The position numbers were made by a program, and so were the translations under genes. Positions 59,551 through 64,000 of a DNA stretch of 64,000 nucleotides are shown here, in pieces. This stretch comes from an uncultured Pseudobdellovibrionaceae bacterium (GTDB lineage: Bacteria > Bdellovibrionota > Bdellovibrionia > Bdellovibrionales > UBA1609), in the NCBI GenBank assembly GCA_963803705.1, contig CAWDNU010000004.1, positions 64,001 through 128,000 on the forward strand. Reading direction: 5' to 3'. The notes below the pieces were generated by a model. It was not told the origin of the DNA. It made no database searches and worked only from the letters and a program-made list of their open reading frames with translations. Position 1 is the first letter of the stretch. Every line of letters starts with the position of its first letter.

Positions 59551-61749
59551 TTACAAAGAGTTCGATAAAAAGGCTAAGATCTTCATCAAGTTTCCACGTG
59601 AGGACTCGTAGTCACAGCCCGATGGATCAACCACCTCAAAGCTACCGTCGGCATTTTCTAAGACACAGTTTTGGACTTTTTTTCGCCAACCAAGAAGTTC
59701 AAGGTACTGTCCAAGGGTTTTTCTAGGCAGGCGACCACGCCTTAAGAAAAAAGCATAAAACGAGAGTAAAGTACCAGGATCCTCTTCTGCTTCTGTGCCT
59801 TTAATTTGAGGCAAGGATAATAAGGCTGCTTTAAACTTATCGAAAGAGTAGACTGTTTCAGTAAAGTTAATTTTAAGGTTTTTGTTGCTGTCATATTTTC
59901 TTAAGAAAATTTCTATATACTGAATTGCAATGGAAGCCTTTAAAAGTTCAAACCTCTCGAAAGGTTTATCCTGCTCGTCTCCCCTGGCCATCTGTTCAAG
60001 ACCTTCTGCAAAGTTTTCCCATTCTTTGTCGTCTACGGACCTTAAATAATCAGCAAAGTCAGGTGCAAAATTTTGCCACACAGGATTGTCGTTAAGTCTT
60101 ATCCAATTCAGCTGACATTCTTTAGTCAAGTTTGGACAAGCCTCGCCAATTAGATTCGAGACATCTTTGGAAAATGCAATGCCTGAAAATAATAGCGCAA
60201 AATAATCAACGCCCTCTTCAAAGCCCAGGTAAGAGTCAGCTTTAGCTCTTGGAACAAATAGGTTTGCCTCGTTGAAAATTCTAAACCAAGCCTTATCTTC
60301 ACCATCACCAAGATAATTAATTCCATTCAAAACTTTAAAAACATCATCATAACCTGTTTCAAGCTCCCCAATATCAACACCCGATAGATTGTCTTTTCTT
60401 AGCTTATCAGACGTATACATTTTTAAAAAAATTGTAGCCAAAGTTTTTTGCCAGTTGACCCAGAAAAGGTTGCCATAATTTGCAATAATTTCAGTGGATT
60501 GCAGAGGATTCAGAACATAACCTTTCTCATCTGAAAGCATTGGCCAAGCGAAATCTAAAGCTCTAGAATTGACATCGTCCAGTGCGACGAAATTTTTTGC
60601 CACTACTAAGCTGCCACTAAAGCCCAGTCCTTGAAGAACAATTGTTTGTGAATAAAATCCCCTTATCAACTGCCACTCACTGTTCAGTAGCTCTATCTCT
60701 TGAAATGAAAATGTGTCTGATTTAAAATACTTAGAAAAGAGTATACCCATGGTACTCTGTACCCAATCTTCAGAAGCATCGAAATTAAAATCCAAAAATT
60801 TAAAGGCTTCAAATGCCAGAAGGTTAAAGTCGGCTGAAGAGACCTTTTCGTTTGGTTGAGACTGAACAATATTCTTCAAAAACGTTAAGACTTCGTTGGC
60901 CACAGACTCTAAGTGGACATAGGAGTTCAAATCTCTCCAGCCTATATCCAAAACGCCATACTTAAATCTTAATGCAATGTACAGAGCTCTGAAAGCCAAA
61001 TCAGATAATCCGTCGTCGGGTCTAAAAGAAAGGTTTTCTTTTGAGGACTGACCTGTAGAGATTTTAGCTAGACTCCAAAAAGACCTTAATCGTTCGTCGT
61101 CGAAAGGCTCTTTATTTAAATCCTCTGTTAACTCGTTAATAACTTTTGCAAAGTCCCTATAACTGACACTTGCTTTAGTGTTTTTAGTAAGGACTTTAAA
61201 TTCTTTGCTTATGTTAGAGACCGCTTGTTTAACAAGTACCGCTTGCCTATCGCTTAATAGCCTGTCTGAATTCTTGAAAAAAATTTTTTCTGCGACAGAA
61301 GTAAGGCTCTTTACTGAGCCCTGTGTAGTTCGTAAAAACCAAGATAATGAATTTAACTCTTCAAAAGAAACCTGTTGATCTGAACCACCAATCAACCAGC
61401 TTTTGAGCATAAGTATATTATCAATTCTATTTTTAGACAGATCTAAATTTTTAAAAAATCTTTGCGCGAAGTTTTGGATCTCTTGAGATGTGTAGACCCC
61501 GACCTTTTCTCCACGCACTCTTATGATAAAATAAGAAATTCCGTCTACGACACAGTCAAGATCTCTTTGAACTGAAGCTTGGTCACCCTGGCCTTCTGAC
61601 CAGGCAGACCATCGATCGCCAAACCCGTTAAAACACGCGGTGTTGTATGCTAAATTCACCACTAGATCATTTTCGTCTTGGATAGCGTCGTTCGAACACG
61701 AAATCATTGCACAGACTGAAATAAAACAAACCATTGTCTTAAAAAACAT
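59551..61749 (-). CDS. Large helical lipoprotein of unknown function, family B
   Basis: MFFKTMVCFISVCAMISC signal; ATG inside the barrel's YVF codons; LIGG, FNEANLF and KYDSNKNLKINFTE motifs. Confidence 0.8.
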   Translation of the reverse strand: MFFKTMVCFISVCAMISCSNDAIQDENDLVVNLAYNTACFNGFGDRWSAWSEGQGDQASVQRDLDCVVDGISYFIIRVRGEKVGVYTSQEIQNFAQRFFKNLDLSKNRIDNILMLKSWLIGGSDQQVSFEELNSLSWFLRTTQGSVKSLTSVAEKIFFKNSDRLLSDRQAVLVKQAVSNISKEFKVLTKNTKASVSYRDFAKVINELTEDLNKEPFDDERLRSFWSLAKISTGQSSKENLSFRPDDGLSDLAFRALYIALRFKYGVLDIGWRDLNSYVHLESVANEVLTFLKNIVQSQPNEKVSSADFNLLAFEAFKFLDFNFDASEDWVQSTMGILFSKYFKSDTFSFQEIELLNSEWQLIRGFYSQTIVLQGLGFSGSLVVAKNFVALDDVNSRALDFAWPMLSDEKGYVLNPLQSTEIIANYGNLFWVNWQKTLATIFLKMYTSDKLRKDNLSGVDIGELETGYDDVFKVLNGINYLGDGEDKAWFRIFNEANLFVPRAKADSYLGFEEGVDYFALLFSGIAFSKDVSNLIGEACPNLTKECQLNWIRLNDNPVWQNFAPDFADYLRSVDDKEWENFAEGLEQMARGDEQDKPFERFELLKASIAIQYIEIFLRKYDSNKNLKINFTETVYSFDKFKAALLSLPQIKGTEAEEDPGTLLSFYAFFLRRGRLPRKTLGQYLELLGWRKKVQNCVLENADGSFEVVDPSGCDYESSRGNLMKILAFLSNSL

Positions 61750-63091
61750 AACTGACACCAGCCCAGACTCGATCAAGATTCCTAAATTGGTAAATAAAGC
61801 TAGACTCATCCGTGGCATTGATTGGCTCTAGCGCGTCAAATCCAATATTTAAAAGCGCATCGTTAATTGTTGTCTGTAAACTTACAGTTGTTAGAATACC
61901 ATTTTGCCTAAAGTCGTAAGACGCGGATGTGTTTACCGTCCAGCCCCATGTTTTAAAATACTTGAAATCGATTTTTAAAGCTCTTTCATATAAATAGTTT
62001 ATATTTTGATTCACAAGGGCAGATGAAAGCTCGCCAATAGCCCGACTTCGCCCGCCTTCTCGCCAAATTCCACCGAAAGAAAATGCATAAGACTTAGTTT
62101 CTTGTGAGTAAATAAGGCTAAGGACATTTTGATCTATTGGTTGGATGTAGGTTTGACTGTCAGAGCTTGCGCTTTCTTGGGCAAAACTTTCATTCATGTA
62201 ACCTAACGTCATTTTAGAATTTTGCGAAAAATTATAAGTAAGGTCACTTGAAATTAGTTGATGCTTAAGAGCTCTAGGTTGAATTGAAATATCTATGGGC
62301 ACTGATGGGTCAGATATATTCGCTTGAAAATCAAGATCTGTGACAAACCTTGGACTGGGTTTATTTGCATATCCAATATTTAAAGACCAGTGCTGACTAT
62401 CAAATGCTAGGGCCTTTATTGCTATTGTTTGTTGTTTTAAAAAATCAGTAAGCTCTGGATTTTTTAGTTCGTAACGGGTCGAAAAGGTGTCGCCCTCGTA
62501 TGGCACCTCGGTAGGAGGTGCTAAAAACCAAGGGTTTTGGGTTACAGCCCTTCCATTTTCAAAACCAACATCAGGGCCACGTGAAGGCAGAAAAAAAGGA
62601 GAGTACATGAGGTCGATGTTTAAACCCGGCGTTTTAATTACGTAAAACACTCCCAGATTTCCACCGGTCATTGGATTTAACCTGTTTCGTTGCATTTGTT
62701 GTTGCCATTCCTGGGATTTAAAAAAATCCATATTTTCTGACCACTCTAACTTTTTAAAACCAACATTTATATTTTTATCTATGCCATTAATCCCATAATA
62801 AAAATTTTCGACATGAAAGTATAAATAATTTTCATGTTGGCTCCAATTCAGATTTATCTCGACCTCAAGTCGCTGTGCAGAACTAAGTCGTACAGATTCA
62901 TCAATGTTATAATAAATATTTTGATCCGAATTATTTTCAGATGTGTTTAGGTATTGATCGATGGAAAAAAGAAGTTGATTTTTACCTGCGGTTTCAGCCT
63001 CAGAAATATTTAAAGTTAAGTACCTATATATAGTAAAAGTAATTAAGACGAAGGCATGCTTGTAGCGTTTATGTATAAAATTTGCCCTCAC
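61739..63091 (-). CDS. Outer-membrane beta-barrel, family B
   Basis: SPFFLPSRGP..NPWFLAPP shared with paralogue; C-terminal DRVWAGVSYVF. Confidence 0.78.
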   Translation of the reverse strand: MRANFIHKRYKHAFVLITFTIYRYLTLNISEAETAGKNQLLFSIDQYLNTSENNSDQNIYYNIDESVRLSSAQRLEVEINLNWSQHENYLYFHVENFYYGINGIDKNINVGFKKLEWSENMDFFKSQEWQQQMQRNRLNPMTGGNLGVFYVIKTPGLNIDLMYSPFFLPSRGPDVGFENGRAVTQNPWFLAPPTEVPYEGDTFSTRYELKNPELTDFLKQQTIAIKALAFDSQHWSLNIGYANKPSPRFVTDLDFQANISDPSVPIDISIQPRALKHQLISSDLTYNFSQNSKMTLGYMNESFAQESASSDSQTYIQPIDQNVLSLIYSQETKSYAFSFGGIWREGGRSRAIGELSSALVNQNINYLYERALKIDFKYFKTWGWTVNTSASYDFRQNGILTTVSLQTTINDALLNIGFDALEPINATDESSFIYQFRNLDRVWAGVSYVF

Positions 63092-63640
63092 GTAACCCCC
63101 GCTACCGCACCTTAGTCGTCCCCACGACTTAGACCCTTACAAATATGCTGCTACAAAAATAGGTAAAGTGGACTGTGCATCGCATAAAGGTCGAGCTTTA
63201 AACATACAAGGTCGGCACTTTGTTCTCATTTAAAGAAAAAATCTAAAATACTGTCTATTCAGCGTCAAAAAGATGACTGCACGTAAAAAGATAGTTTTCG
63301 AAAAAAAAACTAAAAAAGTTAGCGTTTAAATCCTTATAATTTAAATGTGATCTATTTCTTTGCCATGTTTACGTACAAACCGAGAACAGAAAAGTTTATG
63401 TTCTACACATGCAATAGAAAACGCGCGCGAGCAAAAAAAATTGTCAAATTGACTTCGAAATTTCGCGTTGATAGCGTTTTAGTTTCCAAAGGATTGTGGT
63501 TTATACCAAACCTCATGATCCTAGAAAACTTAATTAGATGACCTGAAAAAGGTTTAAGTGTTGAAAAGATTTTGACACAAAGGAATTCTTTTCTCTGCCA
63601 TAAGGGCAAAGGAAAAAAAGATGTTCACGGAGGGGCTAGA

Positions 63641-64000
63641 ATGGACACACAAGTAACTAGGTCGGAAGATAAAACTATCGACAATATTAAAGAGAAGACT
63701 GCGAATAAAAACTTAACTCAAGACGAAATGAAGACCAAAACTATGAACGAAACAACACTTACAGATCAGAATCGAGCGTCCACAATTAATCCCGGTCAAG
63801 AGGCCTCTCCAACCTTAGAACAGCCTGTTGTTATGCGGGTGCGCAAACGAAATGGAAACTTAGTAGCAGTTGATGTAAACAAAATCGTTAATGTCGTTAT
63901 TGCGTGCTCAACAGGTTTAAGACAAGTCGACCCGATGAGAATTGCAACTAAGGCTATTAGTGGTCTTTACGACGGTGCAACCACAGAAGAATTAGATGAG
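63641..64000 (+). CDS. nrdA: Ribonucleotide reductase large subunit, N-terminal part (truncated by window end; not in ORF track)
   Basis: GGAGG RBS; ATP-cone MRVRKRNGNLVAVDVNKI...ISGLYDGATTEELDE. Confidence 0.82.
   Translation, partial: MDTQVTRSEDKTIDNIKEKTANKNLTQDEMKTKTMNETTLTDQNRASTINPGQEASPTLEQPVVMRVRKRNGNLVAVDVNKIVNVVIACSTGLRQVDPMRIATKAISGLYDGATTEELDE

Noticed and set aside
63300..63640. NrdR boxes or riboswitch upstream of nrdA, and the ORFs at 63347 and 63403
   Set aside because: No convincing match to the NrdR consensus or a cobalamin riboswitch by eye; the small ORFs lack RBS and motifs

Overview
AT-rich bacterial chromosomal segment. It is probably from a Bdellovibrionota-like predator; this is inferred from a YQNC-type lipoprotein signal, RxLAS motifs, many lineage-specific exported proteins and sigma28-like promoters, with no rRNA marker present. 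Housekeeping and metabolic genes include sodB, an amino-acid catabolic operon (creatininase-like, hutG, ltaE, kynA), kynB, bcp, hisS, tRNA-Leu(UAA), rimB/CDF/rimK, a GuaB/GMPR-family gene, murI, mpaA, dapD, lolC/E, ridA, rlmE, a PhrB-type photolyase, a frameshifted waaA, a FabMG-type enoyl-ACP reductase and the 5' end of nrdA. The most striking feature is four translationally coupled two-gene modules, each an outer-membrane beta-barrel followed by a large lipoprotein of unknown function. Family A (two copies) has ~1600+ aa lipoproteins with a candidate membrane-inserting hairpin. Family B (two copies, in tandem) has helical, EF-hand-like lipoproteins. These may form an undescribed surface-lipoprotein export or prey-contact system. 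Non-coding elements include two copies of a 125-bp MITE with 4-bp target duplications, two long palindromes, a two-copy 99-bp structured element with compensatory changes, and several short tandem repeats, one of them in-frame in rlmE. All family calls come from motif recognition by eye; no database searches were run.
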